NCBI GenBank assembly: GCA_035533755.1
Contig: DATLTC010000062.1
Location: 15,181 to 79,180 of the forward strand
Length of the DNA stretch: 64,000 nucleotides
Reading direction: 5' to 3'
Source of the DNA: Gemmatimonadaceae bacterium
GTDB taxonomy: Bacteria; Gemmatimonadota; Gemmatimonadetes; Gemmatimonadales; Gemmatimonadaceae
Part shown: positions 9,335 to 17,473 of the stretch, in pieces
Layout: every line of letters starts with the position of its first letter
How positions within the stretch are numbered: the stretch's first letter is position 1
Program-made: the position numbers and the translations under genes
The notes under the pieces: model-generated
What the model was told of the DNA's origin: nothing
What the model saw: the letters and a program-made list of their open reading frames with translations, nothing else
Databases searched by the model: none

Positions 9335-9927
9335 GCGCGGGTCGCCTCCAGAAAGTCGTGGAGCATCCGGATACCAGGGGCCGAGCTCTTTTCCGGGTGA
9401 AATTGGACGCCCAATACGCGATGCGTCCGAACGGCAGCGGGAAAGCGATCTCGTTCATGCGTTGTCCACGCGACCACAGACCCCGGGTCCTCGGGGGCGC
9501 AGACGTAACTGTTGGCGTAATACGCGGTGTGGAGCGCCTGCGGGCCCAGCAGCGGGTCCGTGGACGCTTCGATGCTATTCCACCCGATCTGCGGCACCCG
9601 ACCGGCGGACAACCGTCGGACGCCTCCAGCAATGATGCCCAGGCCGAAGCCCGGTCCCTCCGCGCTCTGGTCGAAGAGGAGTTGCATGCCCAGGCAAATC
9701 CCGATGCATGGAAGTCCGGCATTGAGCGCGTCGCGCATGGAGGTCAGTCCTGGAGCGAGACGCGCGGCAGCACTGGCAAAAGCGCCAACTCCCGGCAGCA
9801 CGAGAACGTCGGTCTGGACGACGGCCACCGGATCGGACTCGACATGAATTGTCCTCGCCGGTCCTTCGAGCGCCTTCACGAGCGAGTGAAGATTGCCGGC
9901 TCCATAATCAAACACGGTCACACGCAC
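9331..9927 (-). CDS. hisH: imidazole glycerol phosphate synthase, glutamine amidotransferase subunit
   Basis: 'VTVFDYGAGNLHSL', 'LPGVGAF', 'GICLGMQLL' and 'VQFHPEKS'. The start is GTG at 9927 or GTG at 9921. The latter overlaps the hisC stop as GTGA. Confidence 0.88.
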   Translation of the reverse strand: MRVTVFDYGAGNLHSLVKALEGPARTIHVESDPVAVVQTDVLVLPGVGAFASAAARLAPGLTSMRDALNAGLPCIGICLGMQLLFDQSAEGPGFGLGIIAGGVRRLSAGRVPQIGWNSIEASTDPLLGPQALHTAYYANSYVCAPEDPGSVVAWTTHERDRFPAAVRTHRVLGVQFHPEKSSAPGIRMLHDFLEATRA

Positions 9928-10991
9928 GTGGCGCACTCCTCCTGGAAGGCCGCGGCGAACCGCTCCATCAACGGCCACGGCCCCACAGTGATCCGCAGTG
10001 CCGCGCCCTGTGATGCGGCGAGGGAATCCGTGATCCGCGGAAGACCGGTGAGCACACGAACGGCAAAGCCACGGCGCAGAAGGCGCTGCGCGACGTCGGC
10101 CGCCGCGCGACAGGGCACACACACGAAGTTGGATTCCGACGGAAGCGGCGCGAGTCCCGCTGACCGCAGCACGACACCGAGCCGATCACGGTTCGTGGCG
10201 GCTTCCGCGGCACGATCGCGAACCCACGCCACGTCTCCGGTCACCGCCGCGAGAGCCGCCGCTTCGGCCGCAACGTTCAGCTTGTACGGGCCGCGCACCG
10301 TGGCGAGCGCCTGGGCGAGGGCGGATGCGAGGACGGCATATCCGATGCGAAGCCCCGCGAGGCCGAACGCCTTGGACAGGGTGCGCGTGATGACGACGTG
10401 GTCGTGCTCCTTTACGAGCGAGAAGCCCGGCGCGGCGGTGAACTCGCCGTAGGCCTCGTCGAGGAGCACGACTCCCGGGGCTTCACGCACCACGCGCGCG
10501 ATGGTGGAGAGCGGGAGCGCCGTCCCGGTGGGATTGTTCGGCGAGCAGAGGTAGACGATAGCGGGGCGCGGTGCGAGCAGGGCGTCGACGTCCACATCAA
10601 ATGTGGGCGACAGCGGAACCATGTGCACCCGAAGTCCATTGATCGTGGCGAAGACCGGGACCATCGAGAACGTCGGGACCGCCATGGCGATCATGTCGCC
10701 CGGTTCGGCAAACGCGCGCATCGCACAGTCGATGAGGTCATCGGAACCGCATCCGGTCACGATCATGTCTGGGCTCACGCCCGCGTAGCGGCCCAGCGCC
10801 TCGTTCAATGCGGTGGGCGGCGTGGTTGGGTATCGCGACAATGCCGCCGCCTGCAAGTTCCCGATCGCGGCAAGCGCGAGCGGGGGCGTGCCCCAGAGAT
10901 TGGTGTTGTCGCTCAGGTCCACCGCATTCGCGGCGTCGGTCGCGGTGTATGGACGAAGGCCCGCCAGCGTCTTGCGCACAGGACTCGGCAT
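9918..10991 (-). CDS. hisC: histidinol-phosphate aminotransferase
   Basis: 357 aa of class-II aminotransferase. 'LCSPNNPTG' and 'TLSKAFGLAGLRIGY' (PLP lysine). Confidence 0.9.
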   Translation of the reverse strand: MPSPVRKTLAGLRPYTATDAANAVDLSDNTNLWGTPPLALAAIGNLQAAALSRYPTTPPTALNEALGRYAGVSPDMIVTGCGSDDLIDCAMRAFAEPGDMIAMAVPTFSMVPVFATINGLRVHMVPLSPTFDVDVDALLAPRPAIVYLCSPNNPTGTALPLSTIARVVREAPGVVLLDEAYGEFTAAPGFSLVKEHDHVVITRTLSKAFGLAGLRIGYAVLASALAQALATVRGPYKLNVAAEAAALAAVTGDVAWVRDRAAEAATNRDRLGVVLRSAGLAPLPSESNFVCVPCRAAADVAQRLLRRGFAVRVLTGLPRITDSLAASQGAALRITVGPWPLMERFAAAFQEECATCV

Positions 10992-12311
10992 TCAGCGCTC
11001 CCTCACCCAGGCCCGGGCGGCGGCGGCGTGGCCGTACAAGCCTTCGGCTTGGGCGAACACATCGACGTCGACCGCCAGGCGCGCGGCGGCGTCCGGCGTC
11101 ACCGACTGGTACGTGGTCCAGCGGAAGAAGTCGAGCACAGACAGTCCCGAATACGAGCGAGCAAGTCCGCCCGTGGGGAGCACGTGGTTGGCGCCGGTCA
11201 TGTAGTCCCCGAACGAGACGGACGCGGATTCCCCGAGAAACACGGTGCCGGCGTTGCGGATGCCGGAGAGCACGTGGTCGGGCTGGCCGGCGCAAACGAG
11301 CAGGTGCTCCGGCGCGTACGCGTTGGCCCATCGTACCGCATCCTGGATCGTGTTGGTCCAGAGAATGGCCCCCTGGCCGGCCAGCGCCTGGGCAATGACC
11401 TCGCGGCGCCGCGCCAACGGAACGAGGAGGCCGAGCGCCTCACGGAGCCGCGCCGCAAACGCCTCGCCCTCCACGACGGCAACCACACACGCGCGCGGAT
11501 CATGCTCCGCCTGCGCGACCAGCTCTCGGGCCACGACGTCGGGTGAGGCGTGGGCGTCGGCGATCACCAGGAGCTCGCTCGGGCCGGCGGGCGAATCAAT
11601 ACCGACCACCCCGGAGACCTGGAGCTTGGCCTCGGCGACGAAGGCGTTGCCCGGGCCGACGATGCGATCCACCCCGGGAACCGTCTCGGTTCCGAAAGCC
11701 ATCGCGGCTACGGCGCCGGCGCCGCCGAGCGCGAACACCCGATCCACCTGCGCGATCCTCGCCGCCGCGAGCACCACGGGCATGGGAAGTCCGCCCGGAC
11801 CGGGTGGCGAGCAGAGCACGACCTGCCCTACTCCGGCCACACGGGCCGGGACGGCGCCCATCAATACGCTGCTCGGGTAAGTGGCGCGCCCTCCCGGGGC
11901 GTATACGCCCACGCAGGCGAGTGGGTCGGGGCGGCGTCCGACGAGGATGCCGGGCTCCGGAACGACTTCGGCGATCGAGGGGAGGAAGGCGCGTTGCACC
12001 GTGGCGATGTTGCGCGCCGCGCGTTCCATCGCGTTGCGCAGGCCGGCATCGAGTCCGTCGAGTGCCGCGTCCCATCGAGCGACCGGGACCTCGAATTCCT
12101 CGAGCGTGACCCCGTCAAACCGTGCCGCGAGTTCGCGGAGCGCGACATCACCGCGACGGCGAACATCGGCGACAATCTCCGCGGTGGCGCGGCGCACGTC
12201 GTCGTCGCCCGACGTGGTGCGATCGAGCAGCGCACGGCGCTGTGACGCGTCGAGCCCGGCGAGGGGGCCGAAGAATCGCAGAGCAGGTTGATCCGACGCG
12301 GCACCGGTCAT
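10992..12311 (-). CDS. hisD: histidinol dehydrogenase
   Basis: 439 aa. 'AGPSELLVIAD', 'QAEHDP' and 'GDYMTGANHVLPT'. Abuts hisC with no gap. Confidence 0.9.
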   Translation of the reverse strand: MTGAASDQPALRFFGPLAGLDASQRRALLDRTTSGDDDVRRATAEIVADVRRRGDVALRELAARFDGVTLEEFEVPVARWDAALDGLDAGLRNAMERAARNIATVQRAFLPSIAEVVPEPGILVGRRPDPLACVGVYAPGGRATYPSSVLMGAVPARVAGVGQVVLCSPPGPGGLPMPVVLAAARIAQVDRVFALGGAGAVAAMAFGTETVPGVDRIVGPGNAFVAEAKLQVSGVVGIDSPAGPSELLVIADAHASPDVVARELVAQAEHDPRACVVAVVEGEAFAARLREALGLLVPLARRREVIAQALAGQGAILWTNTIQDAVRWANAYAPEHLLVCAGQPDHVLSGIRNAGTVFLGESASVSFGDYMTGANHVLPTGGLARSYSGLSVLDFFRWTTYQSVTPDAAARLAVDVDVFAQAEGLYGHAAAARAWVRER

Positions 12312-13174
12312 GCCATGAGCCTCTCGATGCGCGTGATGAGAATGCCTTCCGCGCCCAGCGCCTTGAGCCGCGCGATGGTGCGATATACCCCGGCGGCTGG
12401 AACGACCGCGTGCACGGCGACCATGGTGCCTCCGTTGAGAATGTCGATCACCGTAGGACCGTTGAGGCCAGGCATGACCTCACGAACCCGCGGCATCTGA
12501 TCGCGCGGCACGTTGGCCATCAGATAGCGTTGGCTGCGCGCCCGGAGCACCGACAGCAGGGCGGCCGCGAGCTCCTCCACCGCTTGATGCTGGACCTCGT
12601 CGAGGTGCGAGGCGTCATCGGCGACGATGAGGCGCGCCGTGGATTCGAGCACCGTGGCGACCTCGCGGAGGCCGTTGACGCGCAGCGTGGATCCTGTGGA
12701 GACGAGATCCACGATCACGTCGGCAATGCCGATGTGGGGAGCGATCTCGGCGGCGCCAGAAATCGGGACGACCTCGACCGCGCGGTCGTTCTCGGCGAAG
12801 AAGGCCGCCGTGATCCGAGGGAACGTGGTGGCAACCCGCGTCCCACTCGGCACGTCGGCAACGCGCTGGATCCCGCTGTCCTCACGGGCCGCGACCGCCA
12901 GTCGACACCGGCCGAACTCGAGGTCGGCCACCACCCGGACCGGGCGCCCCGACTCGCGGACGAGATCCCACCCGGTCACGCCGGCGTCGGCCGCGCCATC
13001 GGCGACAAACTCCGGAATGTCCTGGGCGCGCACGAACAGCGCCTGGAACTCTCCACCCAACGACGCCGTGAGAGCCCGGTCACCGCGAGCCCGAATTTCG
13101 AGACCCGCATCGCGGAACAGATCCCGCGCCTCGTCGGCCAGCCGTCCCTTGTTGGGCAGCGCAATCTTCAACAT
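12308..13174 (-). CDS. hisG: ATP phosphoribosyltransferase, long form
   Basis: 'MLKIALPNKGRL' and 'DLVSTGSTLRVNGL', plus the C-terminal regulatory domain. ATG at 13174 is preceded by AAGGGA. The track start at 13180 is a TTG two codons upstream. Confidence 0.9.
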   Translation of the reverse strand: MLKIALPNKGRLADEARDLFRDAGLEIRARGDRALTASLGGEFQALFVRAQDIPEFVADGAADAGVTGWDLVRESGRPVRVVADLEFGRCRLAVAAREDSGIQRVADVPSGTRVATTFPRITAAFFAENDRAVEVVPISGAAEIAPHIGIADVIVDLVSTGSTLRVNGLREVATVLESTARLIVADDASHLDEVQHQAVEELAAALLSVLRARSQRYLMANVPRDQMPRVREVMPGLNGPTVIDILNGGTMVAVHAVVPAAGVYRTIARLKALGAEGILITRIERLMA

Positions 13175-13189
13175 GAGCAATCCCTTGGA

Positions 13190-13224
13190 GATAAAAAGAA
13201 AGGCCCGTCAGCGGGTGACGGGCC
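13190..13224 (-). terminator. intrinsic terminator (attenuator) in the hisG leader
   Basis: On the minus strand: GGCCCGTCA-cccgc-TGACGGGCC (a perfect 9-bp stem) followed by TTTCTTTTTAT. It ends about 10 nt before the hisG RBS. Confidence 0.75.
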
Positions 13225-13255
13225 AGCAGGAGCAAGCGAGGGACGGTCTGAACTC

Positions 13256-13336
13256 CTATCCGCGCACGCGTGCCCTACCCCGGCCCGTGATGCCGTGGTG
13301 ATGGTGCGTGTCGTGGTGGGTGCGGATGGTCGCCAT
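13256..13336 (-). CDS. hisL: his operon leader peptide (26 aa, MATIRTHHDTHHHHGITGRGRARVRG)
   Basis: Read directly from the reverse complement: ATG at 13336, TAG at 13258-13256, six His codons within codons 7-14. It sits between a candidate promoter and the terminator upstream of hisG. Confidence 0.7.
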   Translation of the reverse strand: MATIRTHHDTHHHHGITGRGRARVRG

Positions 13337-13345
13337 CGTGCGATG

Positions 13346-13375
13346 AACTTAGCGGTCCCCGGCCGGCGTCGTCAA
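13346..13375 (-). promoter_or_regulatory. candidate sigma70-type promoter for the his leader
   Basis: Minus strand: TTGACG (13375-13370), 18-nt spacer, TAAGTT (13351-13346). The predicted TSS is only about 3 nt before the leader ATG, so the transcript would be near-leaderless. There is no SD. Confidence 0.4.
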
Positions 13376-13496
13376 CTCCCCGTATTGCCGACGGCGATTC
13401 ACGTCCTCGGCCGCGCGTCCATTGCCCGAGACTACCACGGTACCGGCGCGACTGACTAGGATGCAGTGACCGCCACCGGTAAAGACTTCCGCCCGC

Positions 13497-13925
13497 ATGT
13501 TTGCCGACGACCTCCTCCGCGCCGAACAGATGCACCTCTTTCGCCTGCTAGTATGGGGTGGATCGAGCGTGCTCGCCGGCACCCTGATCTTCGTGGCGCT
13601 CGCGTGGCGCCGTCCCGGAGCGACGATCCTGAGGCACTTCGCGATGCAGACGATCGTCTGGGGCGTGCTCGAAATCGCGTACGTGGCGGTGACCTGGCAC
13701 GGCGTGCGGATGCGCGATCTCGCCGGCGCGACACGCCTGGACCGGCTGCTCTGGTTCAACCTCGGCCTCGACGTTGGCGTGGTGGCGGTGGGAGCGGCCA
13801 TCGGGCTGCTCGGGTGGGCGCACGATCGCCGACTGAATCTCACGGGCACGGGGATCGGCGTCGTCCTGCAGGGCGCTGCCCTGTTCCTGATCAATGCGCA
13901 GCTCGTGTCTGCGATTTCGCGCTGA
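13497..13925 (+). CDS. small integral membrane protein (about 4 TM), unknown function
   Basis: 142-aa ORF with four clear hydrophobic segments. The next gene starts 2 nt after its stop. Confidence 0.6.
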   Translation: MFADDLLRAEQMHLFRLLVWGGSSVLAGTLIFVALAWRRPGATILRHFAMQTIVWGVLEIAYVAVTWHGVRMRDLAGATRLDRLLWFNLGLDVGVVAVGAAIGLLGWAHDRRLNLTGTGIGVVLQGAALFLINAQLVSAISR

Positions 13926-13927
13926 CG

Positions 13928-14443
13928 ATGTCGGAGATCACCCTCGACCTTCGCGGACGGCCCAAGGCCGAAGCGTATGAGACGCTGCAGCAGCACGTCA
14001 CCGCCGTGCTCGACGGTGTGGATGACGAGATCGCCGCCATGGCGACGATGAGCTGTCTGATCCACCATGCGTTCGGATACCTGTGGACCGGATTCTACCG
14101 GGTGGCGGAGCCCGGGCGCTTGTTGCGGGTAGGGCCCTATCAGGGCACGCTGGGATGCTTGGAGATCGCGTTCGGCCGCGGCGTCTGCGGAACGGCCGCC
14201 GCGCGAAAGGAGACGATCGTGGTGCCGAACGTGGAGGAGTTCCCCGGTCACATTGCCTGTGACGCGCAGGCCAAGTCGGAAATCGTCGTGCCGGTGCTGG
14301 ATGCCAGGGGCGAGCTGCGCGCAGTGCTCGACGTGGACGCGGTGCGCGTGGGCGCTTTCGATGCGGCCGACCGAGACGGACTGGAGCGACTGGTTGCCTG
14401 GTTTGCGGCGGCTCGCCCCGGCGCGGGTCCCCGGCTAGGTTAG
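13928..14443 (+). CDS. msrC: GAF-domain free methionine-(R)-sulfoxide reductase
   Basis: 'GFYRV..LRVGPYQGTLGCLEIAFGRGVCGTAA..PGHIACDAQAKSEIVVPV' closely follows E. coli YebR/MsrC. Confidence 0.85.
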   Translation: MSEITLDLRGRPKAEAYETLQQHVTAVLDGVDDEIAAMATMSCLIHHAFGYLWTGFYRVAEPGRLLRVGPYQGTLGCLEIAFGRGVCGTAAARKETIVVPNVEEFPGHIACDAQAKSEIVVPVLDARGELRAVLDVDAVRVGAFDAADRDGLERLVAWFAAARPGAGPRLG

Positions 14444-14444
14444 A

Positions 14445-15113
14445 GTGGAGATCGAGGCGCTTCTCCAGGACATGGCCGGCATGATGGTTCACGGGTATTC
14501 CGATCGCATCAACCATGCGCTTGCCTTCGCGGCCAAGCACAACGACCGGCAGGTCCGGAAGGGCACGCGGCTGCCGTACGGCACGCATGGGGCCAACATC
14601 GCCGTCATCCTGACTCGCTATGGCCAGGACGAGAGCACGATCGTCGCGGGAATCCTGCACGACGTGGTCGAGGACTGCATTCGCGAGCGCTACACGCGCG
14701 ACATGCTGGAGCAGCGCATTGGCGACAAATTCGGCCCCGAGGCGCTGGGCAAAGCGACCGCAGCGGCCGAACGCATCCTGGACGATGATGGCGTGGAGTT
14801 GTCGCACCAGGAGCGGAAGGACGACTACCTGACGCGCCTGGCGCAGGCGCCCGACGGAGCGCGGTGGGTGGCTGCCGCCGAGGCCATCCACAATGCGAGC
14901 ACCATCCTCGCCGACCTCAAACGCACCATTGATCCGGACTCGGTGTGGGGGCGGTTCCACTGGGGAAAGGACGGAACCATTCGATGGTATCGGCGGCTGT
15001 ACGAGCGGCTGCGGGACCAGGGGTTCGAGGCGCCGATCATGCACGAGCTCGGCCAGGTGGTGGAAGCCCTCGAACGGCAGAGCGAAATCCACACGTCGAC
15101 GAGTCGCATCTGA
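14445..15113 (+). CDS. HD-domain phosphohydrolase (RelA/SpoT-hydrolase-like)
   Basis: 'H...AGILHDVVED' HD motif. The start is GTG at 14445 or ATG at 14472. Confidence 0.7.
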   Translation: MEIEALLQDMAGMMVHGYSDRINHALAFAAKHNDRQVRKGTRLPYGTHGANIAVILTRYGQDESTIVAGILHDVVEDCIRERYTRDMLEQRIGDKFGPEALGKATAAAERILDDDGVELSHQERKDDYLTRLAQAPDGARWVAAAEAIHNASTILADLKRTIDPDSVWGRFHWGKDGTIRWYRRLYERLRDQGFEAPIMHELGQVVEALERQSEIHTSTSRI

Positions 15114-15141
15114 CCCCTGCAGTCGCCGACGATGGCAGGGG
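15114..15141. terminator. hairpin between the convergent HD gene and ispG
   Basis: CCCCTGC-N14-GCAGGGG lies in the 34-nt gap between convergent stops. No U-tract. Confidence 0.3.
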
Positions 15142-15147
15142 CGCGAC

Positions 15148-16395
15148 TCAGGTCAGGCCGGCGGGCGTTCCGGGATAGGTCCGTTCGACGTAGGCGTCGA
15201 GCATGGCGAGAAACTCCTGCACGATGTGGTCGCCGCGTAGCGTGCAGACCAGCTGGCCGTCGACGTACACCGGAGCCTTCGGATCTTCGAACGTGCCGGG
15301 CAACGAGATCCCGATGTTGGCGTGCTTGGATTCTCCGGGACCGTTCACGACGCACCCCATCACCGCAACTTTCATCTCTTCGACCCCGGGATGCCGGTCG
15401 CGCCACAGCGGCATCTGCTCGCGGATGTAGCCCTGAATGTCCTCGGCCAAGTGTTGGAAGAACGTCGAGGTGGTGCGGCCGCAGCCCGGACAGGCCGTGA
15501 CCTGCGGGGAGAAGCTGCGCAGGCCGAGGGACTGGAGAATTTGCTGGGCAACCAGGACCTCTTCGGTACGGTCGCCGTTGGGCTTGGGGGTGAGCGACAC
15601 GCGAATGGTATCGCCGATCCCCTCCGCGAGCAGGATGGACAGCCCCGCCGTGCTGGCCACGATGCCCTTGGTGCCCATGCCGGCTTCGGTCAACCCGAGG
15701 TGCAGGGGATAGTCGCAACGATCGGCGAGGAGCCGATACACCGTGACGAGGTCCTGAACCCCCGACACCTTGGCCGAGATAATGATGTGGTCGTGTGCCA
15801 TCCCGACCTCTTCGGCCAACGTCGCGGACCGGAGCGCACTGGCCAGCATGGCCTCGATGTACACGTCCTTGGCGTCACGTGGGATTGCCAGGCCGGCGTT
15901 CTCGTCCATCATCTGGGTGAGCAGGTCCTGGTCGAGCGATCCCCAGTTGACTCCGATGCGGACCGGCTTGTCGTGGTCGACGGCGATCTGCACGATCGTG
16001 CGGAAGTTCTCGTCGCGCCGCTTGCCGCCGACGTTTCCCGGATTGATGCGGTACTTCGCGAGCGCCGCGGCGCAGTCTGGGTACTTCGCGAGCAGGAGAT
16101 GGCCGTTGTAGTGGAAATCTCCCACGATCGGCACATCCACCCCGTCGTCGGCAACGCGGCGGGCAATGTCGGACACCGCGCGCGCGGCTTCATCGTTGTT
16201 GACGGTAATGCGCACGAGCTGGGATCCGGCGCGGGCCAGCGCGACGACCTGTGCCGCCGTGGCGGATGCGTCTGCGGTGTCCGTGTTTGTCATCGACTGG
16301 ACCACCACGGGGTGATCGGATCCCACCGCTACCCGACCAACCCAGGTTGTGACGGTCCGTCTGCGACTGGCAAGGCTCACGGAGTCTCCGGACAA
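15148..16395 (-). CDS. ispG: 4-hydroxy-3-methylbut-2-en-1-yl diphosphate synthase
   Basis: '[15 protein letters not shown]', 'VRITVNN' and 'ACPGCGRT'. The start is TTG at 16395 or GTG at 16380. Confidence 0.9.
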   Translation of the reverse strand: MSGDSVSLASRRRTVTTWVGRVAVGSDHPVVVQSMTNTDTADASATAAQVVALARAGSQLVRITVNNDEAARAVSDIARRVADDGVDVPIVGDFHYNGHLLLAKYPDCAAALAKYRINPGNVGGKRRDENFRTIVQIAVDHDKPVRIGVNWGSLDQDLLTQMMDENAGLAIPRDAKDVYIEAMLASALRSATLAEEVGMAHDHIIISAKVSGVQDLVTVYRLLADRCDYPLHLGLTEAGMGTKGIVASTAGLSILLAEGIGDTIRVSLTPKPNGDRTEEVLVAQQILQSLGLRSFSPQVTACPGCGRTTSTFFQHLAEDIQGYIREQMPLWRDRHPGVEEMKVAVMGCVVNGPGESKHANIGISLPGTFEDPKAPVYVDGQLVCTLRGDHIVQEFLAMLDAYVERTYPGTPAGLT

Positions 16396-16517
16396 GGTGA
16401 ATCTGAAAATACTCGGTCCATGCGTGACGTCAGAAGGCTCGGAACGTGGGGATTGAGGGACGCAACCGCCCCGCCCTACCGGACTCAGCAGCCATCATAA
16501 ACCGCCTCAATCCGGTA

Positions 16518-16546
16518 TTGACCGACCATAGGGGGTACACTACCTT
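16518..16546 (+). promoter_or_regulatory. candidate promoter for the cold-shock gene
   Basis: TTGACC (16518-16523), 17 nt, TACCTT (16541-16546). This implies a 5' UTR of about 135 nt containing the hairpin GAGCCAAG-N10-CTTGGCTC (16557-16582). Confidence 0.35.
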
Positions 16547-16686
16547 TGCCCCCGCTGAGCCAAGGCCTCAGGGTCTTGGCTCAGAGCATATTAGCCCCGC
16601 AGCGCTCAGGCGGTCTGCGGAATCAGGGATTGTCGGGGTACGGCGCATTCCGCTCCCTAGACAATGGGTATTTTCAGGAGTGGGAC

Positions 16687-16899
16687 ATGCGTACGACAGG
16701 CAAGGTGAAGTGGTTCAACGACGCGAAGGGCTTCGGCTTCATCACTCCGGACAGCGGCGAGAAGGACTGCTTCGTCCACTACAGTTCGATCCAGGGCAAC
16801 GGGTTCAAGACCCTTGCTGAAGGCGAAGCCGTCGAGTTCGATGTCGTGCAGGGCGCCAAGGGCCCCGCGGCAGAGAACGTGTCTCGCCTGGCCCAGTAA
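16687..16899 (+). CDS. cspA: cold-shock protein (CspA family)
   Basis: '[15 protein letters not shown]' (RNP1) and 'CFVHYS' (RNP2). 70 aa. Confidence 0.92.
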   Translation: MRTTGKVKWFNDAKGFGFITPDSGEKDCFVHYSSIQGNGFKTLAEGEAVEFDVVQGAKGPAAENVSRLAQ

Positions 16900-16919
16900 C
16901 AGGGCGGGCCCGTGACGAT

Positions 16920-16953
16920 GAGCCGGGGGATCCCCAACGGGATCTCCCGGCTC
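16920..16953. terminator. hairpin terminator between csp and the convergent gene
   Basis: GAGCCGGGGGATCCC-caac-GGGATCTCCCGGCTC (15-bp stem with one G-U pair) followed by GTTTGT. Confidence 0.55.
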
Positions 16954-16961
16954 GTTTGTCA

Positions 16962-17363
16962 TCAAGTCTCACGCGTCTCGTGCCGATCTGCCTGTCGGGG
17001 CGGGCGTCCGCGTCGCGGCCGAGCCACGGACTCGGCTGCCTGAAGAAGGCGTTGCTGAACGTGCCGGGTGTGGGTGTCGAGATCGATTGCCAGCCGTATA
17101 CCGCCTATCAGCGCAATCTCCCCGCCGTGGCCTTCGCGCAAATGGATTGCCAGGTCCACGGCACGTCGAACCGGGAGCCCGAGCTCGGCGACCAGTAAAC
17201 GGGTCAGATCGAGCAGGACGATGGCCTCGAACGAGAATCCTCTTTCGACACCTCGCGCGCGAGACGTCACCCCAGGGATCGTATAGTGGGAGACAACATT
17301 GTCTATCCACTTACGGGATGATGAGATAGCGATGGATGCGGTGGAGATATCGTACGAACGCAT
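16962..17363 (-). CDS. hypothetical protein, possibly an HTH (MerR-like pattern) DNA-binding protein
   Basis: 133-aa ORF with protein-like composition. The N-terminal 'YDISTASIAISSSRKWIDNVVSHYTIPGV...RGFSFEAIVLLDLTRLL' loosely follows a MerR-type HTH plus wing. The C-terminus is basic ('RPRRGRPPR'). Palindromic operators lie directly upstream. Confidence 0.45.
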   Translation of the reverse strand: MRSYDISTASIAISSSRKWIDNVVSHYTIPGVTSRARGVERGFSFEAIVLLDLTRLLVAELGLPVRRAVDLAIHLREGHGGEIALIGGIRLAIDLDTHTRHVQQRLLQAAESVARPRRGRPPRQADRHETRET

Positions 17364-17365
17364 AA

Positions 17366-17387
17366 TTATCCTTAAATACTAGGATAA
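17366..17387. promoter_or_regulatory. palindromic operator IR1 (TTATCCTT-N6-TAGGATAA)
   Basis: 8-bp arms with one mismatch. It overlaps the candidate -10 TAGTAT (17381-17376, minus strand) of the promoter TCGACA(17404-17399)-17 nt-TAGTAT for the 16962..17363 gene. Confidence 0.5.
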
Positions 17388-17410
17388 ATTGCTGCGATTG
17401 TCGATATCTG

Positions 17411-17440
17411 GTAATATTCCTAATTTTATAGGAATATTAC
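17411..17440. promoter_or_regulatory. perfect 12-bp inverted repeat IR2 (GTAATATTCCTA-atttta-TAGGAATATTAC)
   Basis: Read directly. It lies in a stretch of about 80 bp of AT-rich DNA between the argH stop and the next gene, just upstream of the candidate -35. Confidence 0.55.
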
Positions 17441-17473
17441 ACCGCCCATGCTGTTCTTTCGCCCGTGAGATGT

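Noticed and set aside
7283-10122. N-terminal extensions of hisF (333 aa), hisB (307 aa) and hisH (263 aa) in the ORF track.
   Set aside because: The extensions are Arg/Pro-rich and overlap the upstream his genes. Internal ATG or GTG codons positioned at 4-nt stop/start overlaps give proteins of canonical length and N-terminal sequence.
13275-13535. An 86-aa minus-strand ORF that also shows several His residues ('HDGDHPHPPRHAPSPRHH').
   Set aside because: It is a different reading frame across the same CAC-rich stretch. It would start inside the divergent membrane-protein gene, and its sequence is Arg/Gly/Ser-rich. The compact 26-codon frame with HHDTHHHH, followed by the terminator, is the coherent reading.
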